From Eledone cirrhosa (Eukaryota): a stretch of 64,000 bases of DNA. The stretch covers positions 219,232,001 to 219,296,000 of the forward strand of contig OZ024741.1 in NCBI GenBank assembly GCA_964016885.1, given 5' to 3'. Below the pieces are notes generated by a model. That model was not told where the DNA came from and searched no databases. It saw only the letters and a program-made list of their open reading frames with translations. The first letter of the stretch is position 1; every line of letters begins with the position of its first letter. A program made the translations under genes and the position numbers. Below, piece by piece: positions 26,800 to 39,122 of the stretch.

Positions 26800-27130
26800 T
26801 GATAGCTGCCCCCTTATTATCAAGTATGGCATTGCACGATATACCATTATCAATAATTATCAATTAATTCTATCATGCAATGCCTGTGCATGAACATTTT
26901 TTTTAAAGTGAGGAAAGACTGTGTACTGAGCCAATCCCACTCTCTGAGCGACAGTACCTATAACCCGAAAAGAAGAAAGGATCAACATCATCGGTAAATA
27001 CTTAGTTGCAGGTTTTATGTCAGAGTTATCCCAGTTTCCTGAGTTGCCTTCTCCTAGAAGAATGCCCTGATAAAGGCTAGGGGTCCTTCACTCCCAGTGG
27101 TTTAACCACACGATCGGGTATCCAGCCCTA
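26800..27130 (-). mobile_element. Short non-autonomous RTE derivative (5'UTR-like part joined to 3' end)
   Basis: 3' end homologous to 28098-28140. Upstream part homologous to 29430-29600, including the minus-strand CTAGGAGAAGGCAACTC motif. Confidence 0.55.
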
Positions 27131-27184
27131 TTATTTCTATGTCTCCGCGCATATATACACATATGTATACATACATACATACAT

Positions 27185-27815
27185 ACAAGAGATGGAGGAC
27201 ATCTACGAACCATTGATGAGGAGTTTGCAGATCCAGTATCCAAGATACACCTTCAGCTTCATACCCATCATTATTGGAGCTACAGGTTATATACCAACCT
27301 GCTTGGATCAAATTATAACTGAACTTGGATTTGTGGACAAAGAGTGCAGCTCCATAATTCATAGACTACAAATGGCTACCGATACCTGACACCATCAAAA
27401 TTTGCAAAACATTCTTGCAATTCAAAGGATGACAATTTCTTTTCTTTTTCAACCTTGCCACCAGGAAGGTGGCCAGTCAACAATGTATTCGAAATTAAGA
27501 GAGAGAGAAACACATACTTGCATATCGACCTAGAAAAGATGGCATGCACAGTTGTGAAAGTCAGCTGTACAGCAGATGTCAATATAATGCAAAAGGAGAA
27601 CATTTCTGCTGAACTAATGAGGAATCTGCAGATACTCCATCCTGAACTATACCTTTAGATTTGTACCTGTGATCATTGTGGCTCTGGGATATGTTACTAA
27701 CTGCCTCAGTACAAATCTTGAGAAGTTGGGTTTCACAGAACTAGAAATAACACGACTAGTTAGGAAGTTGAAAATACAGTCTGTTAATGGAACAGTAAAA
27801 ATATGTAAAACATTT
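27185..27815 (+). pseudogene. Two tandem C-terminal fragments of a restriction-like-endonuclease (RLE) non-LTR retrotransposon
   Basis: YEPLMRSLQIQYPRYTFSFIPIIIGATGYI..KICKTF and VVKVSCTADVNI..LMRNLQILHP..FVPVIIVALGYV..KICKTF. Confidence 0.65.
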
Positions 27816-28097
27816 CAGCATGTAATAACTACATATACACATGTATAGATACAGAAACATATGCACATGTACACATATAACTCAACATGCAGATCCACAC
27901 ATGAAATAACACCCATACCTACACACTCAAACAGACACACACACACACACAAACACATACATATGTATTTATCTGGTTGATGTTGTCTAAATTCCAAGAA
28001 AGGTGTCTTGTATCTATGTCAGAAACAGACTCTCTCACTATTGGTAACAATTTATAAAGTAATGAAACCTGAAGAACATACCTATACACATACAGAC

Positions 28098-29817
28098 ATG
28101 ATGGCTGCCCCCTCGTTATTGAGTATGGCCATTGCACAATAAAAACAAAACAAAAAAAAACACACACATATATATTAATAATTAATTATTTGTGATCAAA
28201 TGTGGCTTTTTAGCCCAGCGAATGATCTAAAATGTCTTGCACAGAATTGGCAACCATGATAAAAACATTCACTGGCAATAGCTGGTTGTGGTTGGTCTTC
28301 ATATTCTGTTGAGCCCTCCTGCTGATCTACACTCTTTTCCACATGCTTGACAGGTATGATGAGTAGAATCTCCAGCAGCAGCCTGGTAATCAAACACTGA
28401 TATCCCTTTATGAATGCGAAGATGACTTTTGAGTCCAGCTTTGCTGAAGCAGGGTCTCGCACAGACGCTGCATGTCAGCGCTATAGGAGGACCTTTGCTA
28501 TCTGGAAATGTAACAGCAATACCTTTCCTGGCATCCCTTTTTACTTTCTCATATGCTATTCAAGATGCTTCAAAACCAGCTTTCCCCTCATGTGGAAGCT
28601 TTCTCCATTTATTACGATCAGTAGCTATGCTTTCCCATGTATCAGCAGAGATATTAGCTTCTTTCAAGGAGGCTTTCAACGAATCCTTATACTTCGTTTT
28701 TGGTTTATGTGGAGGTCGTTTAACTTTAACTAACTTTCCATAAAAGAGTTCTTTTGGTATTCTAGAATGCTTCATCCTGGCAAGGTGACCACTCCATCGG
28801 AGTCTTTGCTTAAGCACTAGAGCTTTTATGCTTTCACACAGAAAGCTTTCCAAAATCTCGACATCACTGATGTGGTCCCTCCAGTGAATGCCATGGATCT
28901 GTCTGAGACACATCTGATGGAAATGTTCCAACTGTTTAAGGCGGTGTTGATATGTGACCCAGGTCTTGCAGGCATAAAGAAGAGAAGAGAGCTCACATGC
29001 CTTGTACACCTTTACCTTTGTCTTCTTGCATATGTCTCGAAGCGCCTTTCTAGCTTTCTGAAAGCATCACTTGCTTTCCAAATCCTGTGTGGAATTTCAT
29101 TATTAAGATTGCTGTATCGATTGACAGTGCTTCCCAGGTAGACAAACTGATCAACCACTCCAAGTTGTTTACCATACACATAGATATTTGGTTCACTGTA
29201 CTGCTTATCAGGGGCAGGCTGGTACATGACAACGGTTTTCTTGAGACTAACAGTCAATCCTAGGGCAGTGCAAGCATCAGAAAATTCATTCAAGATGTGT
29301 TGCCAAACAAAGAGTGAAGATGTCGCAGACATACATACACACACACACATCACAGACATGGTTTTTTAGTCCTGCTAGGGACTTGCCTATGGCCAGCAAT
29401 ACCATGCATTGCAAAAAATGTCAAATATCAAGCAATGCCTGAGCTTGAAGCTTTTTTAAGTGAGGAAAGGCTTTGCATGGTGTCAATCCCTTCTCTGAAC
29501 ATTGAACGCATTTGCCCAAAAAGAAGAGCTGGTCTACATCATTGGCTGCAAACAAAGTCGCAGGTTTTATATCAGAGTGATTTTCTCCTAGAGAGATGTC
29601 TTAATGAAGACTAAAAAAAGAATTTTATTGGATCGCCATTGACTCTCGTTAGTTCCTCCGCCCTTTGACGGGTTTCGTTTTTCATCCCTCAGGGTGTCCA
29701 AATTCACCCTCCACACCAAGCAAACTTGATGTGGTTGCTGGTTTAATCACCAACAACCCGACCATGCACAGGTTTTACTGGGTTACATGTTACCAGTAGT
29801 GCTGAAGAGGGACCTAA
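28098..29817 (-). mobile_element. Degenerate RTE-clade LINE (second family, C-terminal C2H2 finger) with 5'UTR-like fragments
   Basis: GLTVSLKKTVVM, VVDQFVYLGS, LLYACKTW, RLRWSGHLARM, CQFCARHFRSFAGLKSH. Contains stops and frameshifts. Confidence 0.85.
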
Positions 29818-30189
29818 CGTGATATACATATATACATACATACATACACACATACATACATACACACATACATACATACATACATACACACATACATACA
29901 TACATACATACATACATACATACATACATACATACATACATACATACATACATACATACATACATACAGACACATACATACATACATACATAGTCATATG
30001 CTATGTGATGTCATCTGAAATTATCTTTGATTAGGATTTATTAATTGTTGTTACTGTCGTTGTTGTTGATAGTATTGTTGCTGTTGTTGTTGCTGTTACT
30101 ACTACTGTTGTTGTTTTTGTCAGTGGTGTTGTTTCTGTCAGTAGCACTTTTATTGCTGTTGTTGTTGTCAGTTGTTGCTGTTGTTGTTG

Positions 30190-32307
30190 TTCTTCTCAGA
30201 GGTACCATATATGTTGTTCTTCTTCTCAGTGGTACCATATATGTTGTTGTTCTTCTCAGTGGTACCATATATGTTGTACTTCTTCTCAGAGGTACCATAT
30301 ATGTTGTACTTCTTCTCAGTGGTACCATATATGTTGTTCTTCTCAGAGGTACCATATATGTTGTTGTTGTTCTCAGAGGTACCATATATGTTGTTCTTCT
30401 CAGAGGTACCATATATGTTGTTGTTCTCAGAGGTACCATATATGTTGTTCTTCTCAGTGGTACCATATATGTTGTTGTTCTTCTCAGTGGTACCATATAT
30501 GTTGTTCTTCTCAGTGGTACCATATATGTTGTTGTTCTTCTCAGTGGTACCATATATGTTGTTGTTCTTCTCATTGGTACCATATATGTTGTTGTTCTTC
30601 TCATTGGTACCATATATGTTGTTGTTCTTCTCAGTGGTACCATATATGTTGTTGTTCTTCTCAGTGGTACCATATATGTTGTTCTTCTCAGTGGTACCAT
30701 ATATGTTGTTGTTGTTCTCAGAGGTACCATATATGTTGTTCTTCTCAGAGGTACCATATATGTTGTTGTTCTTCTCAGTGGTACCATATATGTTGTTGTT
30801 GTTCTCAGAGGTACCATATATGTTGTTCTTCTCAGTGGTACCATATATGTTGTTGTTCTTCTCATTGGTACCATATATGTTGTTGTTCTTCTCAGTGGTA
30901 CCATATATGTTGTTGTTCTTCTCAGTGGTACCATATATGTTGTTGTTCTTCTCAGTGGTACCATATATGTTGTTGTTCTTCTCAGTGGTACCATATATGT
31001 TGTTGTTCTTCTCATTGGTACCATATATGTTGTTGTTCTTCTCAGTGGTACCATATATGTTGTTGTTCTTCTCAGTGGTACCATATATGTTGTTCTTCTT
31101 CTCAGTGGTACCATATATGTTGTTCTTCTCAGTGGTACCATATATGTTGTTCTTCTCAGTGGTACCATATATGTTGTACTTCTTCTCAGTGGTACCATAT
31201 ATGTTGTACTTCTTCTCAGTGGTACCATATATGTTGTTGTTCTTCTCAGTGGTACCATATATGTTGTACTTCTTCTCAGTGGTACCATATATGTTGTACT
31301 TCTTCTCAGTGGTACCATATATGTTGTTGTTCTTCTCAGTGGTACCATATATGTTGTTCTTCTCAGTGGTACCATATATGTTGTTCTTCTTCTCAGTGGT
31401 ACCATATATGTTGTTGTTGTTCTCAGTGGTACCATATATGTTGTTCTTCTCAGAGGTACCATATATGTTGTTCTTCTCATTGGTACCATATATGTTGTTG
31501 TTCTTCTCAGTGGTACCATATATGTTGTTCTTCTCAGTGGTACCATATATGTTGTTGTTCTTCTCAGTGGTACCATATATGTACTTCTTCTCAGTGGTAC
31601 CATATATGTTGTTCTTCTTCTCAGTGGTACCATATATGTTGTTCTTCTCAGTGGTACCATATATGTTGTTCTTCTCAGTGGTACCATATATGTTGTTCTT
31701 CTCAGTGGTACCATATATGTTCTTCTTCTCAGTGGTACCATATATGTTGTTCTTCTCAGTGGTACCATATATGTTGTACTTCTTCTCAGTGGTACCATAT
31801 ATGTTGTACTTCTTCTCAGTGGTACCATATATGTTGTACTTCTTCTCAGTGGTACCATATATGTTGTTGTTCTTCTCAGTGGTACCATATATGTTGTTCT
31901 TCTTCTCAGTGGTACCATATATGTTGTTCTTCTTCTCAGTGGTACCATATATGTTGTTCTTCTTCTCAGTGGTACCATATATGTTGTTCTTCTCAGTGGT
32001 ACCATATATGTTGTTGTTCTTCTCAGTGGTACCATATATGTTGTTGTTCTTCTCAGTGGTACCATATATGTTGTTGTTCTTCTCAGTGGTACCATATATG
32101 TTGTTCTTCTTCTCAGTGGTACCATATATGTTGTTCATCTCAGTGGTACCATATATGTTGTACTTCTTCTCAGTGGTACCATATATGTTGTTGTTCTTCT
32201 CAGTGGTACCATATATGTTGTACTTCTTCTCAGTGGTACCATATATGTTGTTGTTCTTCTCAGTGGTACCATATATGTTGTTGTTCTTCTCAGTGGTACC
32301 ATATATG
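30190..32307. repeat. 27/30-bp minisatellite GGTACCATATATGTTGTTGTTCTTCTCAGT
   Basis: About 73 units, with length variants in 3-bp steps. Confidence 0.97.
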
Positions 32308-32667
32308 CAATAGGTGTACATTGTCCCTTGCCGTCCTCCGGGGAAACGCCTCTTCTATTCTGTCTGCCGGGGCTGTGGGGAGGCCACCAATATGATTGAC
32401 TGACTTGTCATCTTATCAGTCAGATGTTTTTAGACCCCCACCCCCCCGTTGTATGAATAAGCATAAGCCGGGGGGCGGGGCGTGGTATGCAGGGGGCAAG
32501 TTAGCCTACATTACCATGACGGTGTAAAGGTAAACCACCAAAAAACCAAAAGGAAGGCAGGAATGTATAAACTTCAGCAACTTTGTTAAATTCCTGGAGT
32601 CTGAGACAGATTGGATGCCAGAGGAGTGTTATAGCTGTATAACTGATGGATAGGAGACTGTGTTGGA

Positions 32668-34096
32668 TGGTGGTGGTGGTGGTGGTGGTGGTAGTGATAG
32701 TGATGGTGATGGTGGTAGTGGTGGTGGCAGTGATGGTGGTGGTGGTGGTGGTGGTAGTGATAGTGATGGTGGTGATGGTGGTGGTGGTAGAGATAATGAT
32801 GGTGATGGTGGTAGTGGTGGTGGCAGTGGTAATGGTGGTGGTGGTAGTGATGGTAATGGTGGTAGTGATGGTGGTGATAGTGATGATGGTGGTGGTGGTG
32901 GTAGTGATGGTAATGATAGTGATGGTGGTGGTGGTGGTGGTGGTAGTGGTGGTGGTGGTGGTAGTGATGGTAATGATAGTGACGGTGGTGGTGGTAGTGA
33001 TGGTGGTGATAGTGATGGTGGTGGTGGTGGTAGTGGTAGTAGTTGATGGTGGTAGTGGTGGTGGTTGTAGTGGTAGTAGTTGATGGTAGTAGTGGTGGTC
33101 ATTGACCTGACTTGCAGAATACACACTATTATCCTATTCATCATCAACATCATCAACATCATCACCACCACCATCGCCACCATAGCAACCACCAATATAA
33201 CCATCCCCACCAACACCACCACCACCACCACCACCACCACCACCACAACCACCACCACCATCACCACCACCACCATCACCACCACCACAACCACTATCAG
33301 CATCACCACCACCACCACCACCACCACCACCACCACCACCACAACCACCACCGCCACCACCACCACCACAACCACCACCACCATCACCACCACCACAACC
33401 ACTATCAGCATCACCACCACCACCACCACAACCATCACCACCATCACCACCACCACCACCACCACCACAACCATCACCACCACCATCACCACCACCACAA
33501 CCACTATCAGCATCACCACCACCACCACCACCACCACCACCACCACAACCACCACCGCCACCACCACCACCACCACCACAACCATCACCACCACCATCAC
33601 CACCACCACAACCACTATCAGCATCACCACCACCACCACCACAACCATCACCACCATCACCACCACCACCACCACCACCACCACAACCATCACCACCACC
33701 ATCACCACTATCAGCATCACCACCACCACCACCACCACCACCACAACCATCACCACCACCACCACCACCACCACCACAACCATCACCACCACCACCACCA
33801 CCACCACCACCACCACCACCACCACCACCACCACCACAACCATCACCACAACCACCACCACCACCACCACCACCACCACCACCACAACCATCACCAACAC
33901 CATCACCACCACCACCACCACCACCACCACCACCACCACCACCACCACCATCACCATCATCACCACCACCACCACCACCACCACCTCCACCACCATCACC
34001 ACCATCACCACCACCACCACCACCACCACCATCACTACCATCCTCTTCATCATTACCACCACCACCATGATGATTATGATGCTTATGACAATGGTA

Positions 34097-34136
<40 letters not shown>

Positions 34137-34350
34137 CGATGATGATGATGATGACGACGACGATGATGATGATGATGATGATGATGATGGTGATGATGTT
34201 GGTGATGATGATGACGGTTGTTATGATGATGATAAGTCTGACAATGGTAATGATGATGGTGATTGTGATGATGGTGATAATGATGGTGATGATGATGGTG
34301 GTAATGATGATTATGAAGATGATGATGTTGGTGATGATGGTTATGATGAC
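32668..34350. repeat. (GGT/GAT)n, (ACC)n and (GAT)n arrays
   Basis: Visible. Confidence 0.95.
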
Positions 34351-34769
34351 AATGATGTATAACCTCCCAGATTACATTACAGTACCAGTCATACTCTAGG
34401 GCTTGTCAGAGACGATATCACTATCTTCCCATTCCATTGAAATACGGGAATTTACCTGAATGACTTTTATCTTATTTCCTTCATTATTTCTTCTTCTTCT
34501 TCTTCTTCTTCTTCTTCTTCTTCTGCTTTTTTTTTCTTCTTCTTCTTCTTCTTCTGCTTTTTCTTCTTCTGCTTTTTTTTTTCTTCTTCTTCTTCTTCTT
34601 CTTCTTCTTCTTCTTCTTCTTCTTCTTCTTCTTCTTCTTCTTCTTCTTCTGCTTTTTCTTCTTCTTCTTCTTCTTCTTCTTCTTCTTCTTCTTCTTCTTC
34701 TTCTTCTTTTTCTTTTTCTTTTTCTTCTTCTTCTTCTTCTTCTTTAATAATAATAATTATAATGAAAAT

Positions 34770-35480
34770 ATTTTGTACAGTGCTCAGGTGCACTACAACT
34801 CATCAAAAGTGTATGTATAGTACATAGGGTAATGTACAAACGTCAGGAAAATGATATACACACGTGTGCATGTGTATGGAGGGGGGGGATATCAGGTGTA
34901 GTTTTGGCGAATTTCGGGAAGCATGGAGGTTTTAAAGGATGCAGTGTCTCGACAGCTAACAACTGAGGTAGTTTGTTCCATGCTTCAGCAATTCTAAGCA
35001 TGAAAAAATATTTCCGAAAGTCATGGGAGCTCTGCTGTTTTCTGACTTTGTTGGCATGTCCACGTATGTTAGACACATGGGAATCAAAGGTACTCAGGGT
35101 TGTTGTTGGCAAGATGGTTAATAATTTTGTGGGTGTTTACCAAGTCAGTTGCCAGACGTCGGAGCTTCAATGTATCCATGCCCAGAGGAGCAAGGCCTTC
35201 AGAGTATGGTAGATGTCTGATGGAGGGTATTCGCTTGGTTGCACGTCTCTGAACAGTTTCCAGGAGGTCAATGTTCGGAGCAAGATAGGGGTTCCAGACT
35301 GGTGATGCAAATTCCAAGTGTGGCCGCACCATAGCTGTATACAGCCTTAAATAGATATCTGGAGAGCAGCTGACAAAGGTCTTGATGAGTTATGCTAAGA
35401 CACCCTCGGCCTTCTTGACAATTTTAGAGACGTGCTTTGTCCAACGCAAATCGCTGCTGAAGGTAATGCCCACGTTCACA
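34770..35480 (-). mobile_element. CR1-type LINE 3' portion
   Basis: MVRPHLEFASPVWNPY..LETVQRRATK..YSE.L..L..RR..DL..THKI and RGH...RKYFFMLRIAEAWNKLP. Flanked by (CTT)n tracts. Confidence 0.9.
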
Positions 35481-35485
35481 AGAGG

Positions 35486-35516
<31 letters not shown>

Positions 35517-35864
35517 CTTCTAGGAATGTTTGTAGAAGCTTCTTTTCAGAGGCCCTGATAAATACAACAACCACAACAACAACAACAGCTACAACAACAA
35601 CTACAACAACAACTACAACATCTACAACAATAACAACAACAAGAGCAACAACAATGCCACTACCACGCCGCCATCTCCACCAGGTGTGCTAGTGAATGCA
35701 GGTACAAATTAGGGAGTACAATTTAAATATTGGAATATTAAGTGTTTGTTATTAAACAGTCCTACAGTCCTGGCTTGTCAATGAAATGTTCACCTTTGTT
35801 TAGTTTACAGGCTCACAACAATATAGTTTCTTTTTATCTTTTCTGGCCCAGTCTTACATGGAGT

Positions 35865-37460
35865 GTGATGCTTGTTGTGGTGGTTGTTGTGGTGGTTGTT
35901 GTTGTGGTGGTGGTGGTGGTGGTTGTGGTGGTGCTTGTTGTAGTGGTTTATCTGGTGGTGATTGTGGTGGTGTTGTTGTTTGTCGTGGTTGTGGTGGTGT
36001 TTGATGTGGTGGTGGTGGTGCTTGTTGTGGTGGTTGTTCTGGTGGTGGTTGTGGTGGTGCTGTTGTTGTAGTGGTTGTTGGTGTTTGTCCTGGTTGTGGT
36101 GGTGGTGGTGCTTGTTGTGGTGGTTGTTGTGGTGGTGGTTGTGGTGGTGGTGTTGTTTGTCGTGGTTGTGGTGGTGTTTGATGTGGTGGTGGTGGTGCTT
36201 GTTGTGGTGGTGGTTGTGGTGGTGGTTGTGGTGGTGCTGTTGTTGTAGTGGTTGTTGGTGTTTGTCGTGGTTGTGGTGGTGTTTGATGTGGTGGTGGTGG
36301 TGCTTGTTGTGGTGGTTGTTGTGGTGGTGGTTGTGGTGGTGGTGTTGTTGTAGTGGTTGTTGGTGTTTGTCGTGGTTGTGGTGGTGTTTGATGTGGTGGT
36401 GGTGGTGCTTGTTGTGGTGGGGTTGTGGTGGTGGTGTTGTTGTAGTGGTTGTTGGTGTTTGTCGTGGTTGTGGTGGTGTTTGATGTGGTGGTGGTGGTGC
36501 TTGTTGTGGTGGTTGTTCTGGTGGTGGTTGTGGTGGTGTTGGTGTTTGTCGTGGTTGTGGTGGTGTTTGATGTGGTGGTGGTGGTGCTTGTTGTGGTGGT
36601 TGTTCTGGTGGTGGTTGTGGTGGTGTTGGTGTTTGTCGTGGTTGTGGTGGTGGTGGTGCTTGTTGTGGTGGTTGTTGTGGTGGTGGTTGTGGTGGTGTTG
36701 TTGTTGTAGTGGTTGTTGGTGTTTTTCGTGGTTGTGGTGGTGTTTGATGTGGTGGTGGTGGTGCTTGTTGTGGTGGTTGTTGTGGTGGTGGTTGTGGTGG
36801 TGCTGTTGTTGTAGTGGTTGTTGGTGTTTGTCGTGGTTGTGGTGGTATTTGATGTGGTGGTGGTGGTGCTTGTTGTGGTGGTTGTTGTGGTGGTGGTTGT
36901 GGTGGTAGTGGTGGTGGTTGTTGTTGTTGTGGTGGTGGTGATTGTGGTGGTTGTTGTGGTGGGTGTTGTGGTTGTTGTGGTTGTGCTTGTGGTGGTTATT
37001 GTTGTAGTTGTTGTTGGAGCTGTTGTTGTTGTAGTGGTGGTTGTTGTGGTGGTTGTAGTTGTGGTTGTTCTAGTGGTGGTTGTGAGGGTGTTGGTGGTTG
37101 TTGTGGTTGTTGTTGTGGTGGTGGCTGTGGTGGTTGTAGTGGTGTTTGTGGTGGTGGTGGTGGTGCTGGTTGTTGTTGTTGTAGTGGTGGTTGTAGTGGT
37201 AGTGGTGGTTGTTGTTGTTGTAGTGGTGGTGGTGGTTGTGGTGTGGGTTGTGGTGGTGGTGGTTGTGTTGGTTGTGGTGGTTGTTGCGGCTGTTGTTGTA
37301 GTGGTGGTGGTGGTTGTTGTTGTTGTGGTTGTTGTTGTGGTTGTTGTTATGGTGGTGTTGGTAGTTGTGGTTGTGGTGGTTGTTGTTGTTGTAGTGGTGT
37401 TGGTTGTTTTGGTTGTGGTGATGGTGGTGGTTGTTGTGGTGGTTATGGTGGTGGTTGTGT

Positions 37461-37494
<34 letters not shown>

Positions 37495-38230
37495 GTTTGT
37501 TGCTGTTGTAGCTGTTTTTGTTGTGGTTGTTATTGTTGTAGCTGTTGTTGTTATTGTTGTAGATGTTGTAGATGTTGTTGTTGATGTAGTTGTTGTTGTT
37601 GTTGGTGGTGGTGGTATTGCTGTTGGTGTTGTTGATGGTGTTTTTTTTTGTTGGTGGTGTGGTGGTGGTGGTGTTGGTAGTGATGGTGGTAGTGGCATTG
37701 GTGGTGTTGATGGTGGTGGTGATGGTGGTGGTGGCAGTGGCAACGGTGGTGTTGATGGTGGTGGTGTTGTTGGCAGTGGTGATGGTGATGGTGGTAGTGG
37801 CATTGGCGGTGGTGTGGTGGTGGTGGTGTTGATGGTGGTGGTGTTGTTAGCAGTGGTGATGGTGATGGTGTGGTGGTGGTGGTAGTGGCATTCGTGGTGT
37901 TGATGGTGGTGGTGTGGTGGTGGTGGTGTGCTGGTGGTGGTAGTGTCATTGATGGTGTTGATGGTGGTGGTGTGGTGGTGGTGGTGGTAGTGTCATTGAT
38001 GGTGTTGATGGTGGTGGTGTGGTGGCGGTGGTAGTGTTATTGATGGTGTTGATGGTGGTGGTGTGGTGGTGGTGGTAGTGGCATTGATGGTATTGATGGT
38101 GGTGGTGGTGTTGTTGACAGTGGTGATGGTGGTGGTGGTGTTGTGGTTGGTGGTGTTGATAAGTGTGATGTTGTTGATGGTGATATTGTTGGTAGTAGTG
38201 GTTGTTGTAGTGTTGTTGTTGTTGTTCTTG
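35865..38230. repeat. (GTG/GTT)n compound micro/minisatellite
   Basis: Visible. Confidence 0.95.
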
Positions 38231-39122
38231 TTATTTAGCCTCAAGTCAATGCTGATTCAGCAGATAGATAAGTGTTTTAATTGACATCTTGGTTTAGTCG
38301 GTCTTCTTATCAGAGCTTTCTTGTGTAGGACTAAACAACAACAACAACAACAACAACAATAGTGATTTATAATTTTGACACAACGCCAGCAATTTCAGGA
38401 AAGAGAATATTGATATAATGGACCCCGGTATTTTACTGGTACTTAATTTTTATCAACATGAGAAGGATGAAAGGTTAAGTTGACCTCGGTGGGATTTGAA
38501 CTCAAAATGTAAAGTGCTGGAAATTATCATGTCACCAATACTAGAGAGGTCGTCAAGTCATTGACACAACTGAAGAGTCCTTTCAACCCTTTATTTGGCA
38601 GTGAGGGCTGGATCAGAAAAGTGATGAATGTCAATCCAAGAGGCAGGGGAGGCCTAGGAAGACCAAAAAGGACTTGGATGGAGGACGTCCGTTGGGATCA
38701 AGCTAGGCTTGGCCCAAATGAGACCGGTGGACAGAACCAATTAGAGAGGGATGCTAAGGAGCGCTGTCAGACAGGACCCACTCCTACTTAGGGATTACTT
38801 GAGTCCTGCATAATAAAAAACTGGATGATGATAATGCTGATGATGATGAACATCAACCACTTTACAGAGTGTACTGGGTGTGTTTCATCATATCACCAAT
38901 ACCAGAGAGGTTGTCACATCTTTGACACAAATGAAGAGTCCCTTCAACCCTATACTTGACATGCTCTCTACTTCTAAGTGTTTGTCCAACACTCTAACAA
39001 CTCTGTCAACCCACCAAATATAACAAAAGAAACTTTAACTCATTATATAAACCACAGAAGGATGAAAACCAAAGACAAACTGGTTGGAATTTGAGTTCAG
39101 AATGGAAAAAGGACATCTATAT

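Noticed and set aside
30041-32399. 700-780 aa ORFs on both strands
   Set aside because: Pure minisatellite; openness follows from 3-bp slippage and a stop-free unit.
34350-34480. Possible exon in the unique island between (GAT)n and (CTT)n
   Set aside because: All frames are short and unrecognised, with no convincing splice-site pair.
32501-38284. Mucin-like poly-Thr, poly-His and poly-Val ORFs
   Set aside because: Trinucleotide microsatellites with no signal peptide or flanking domain.
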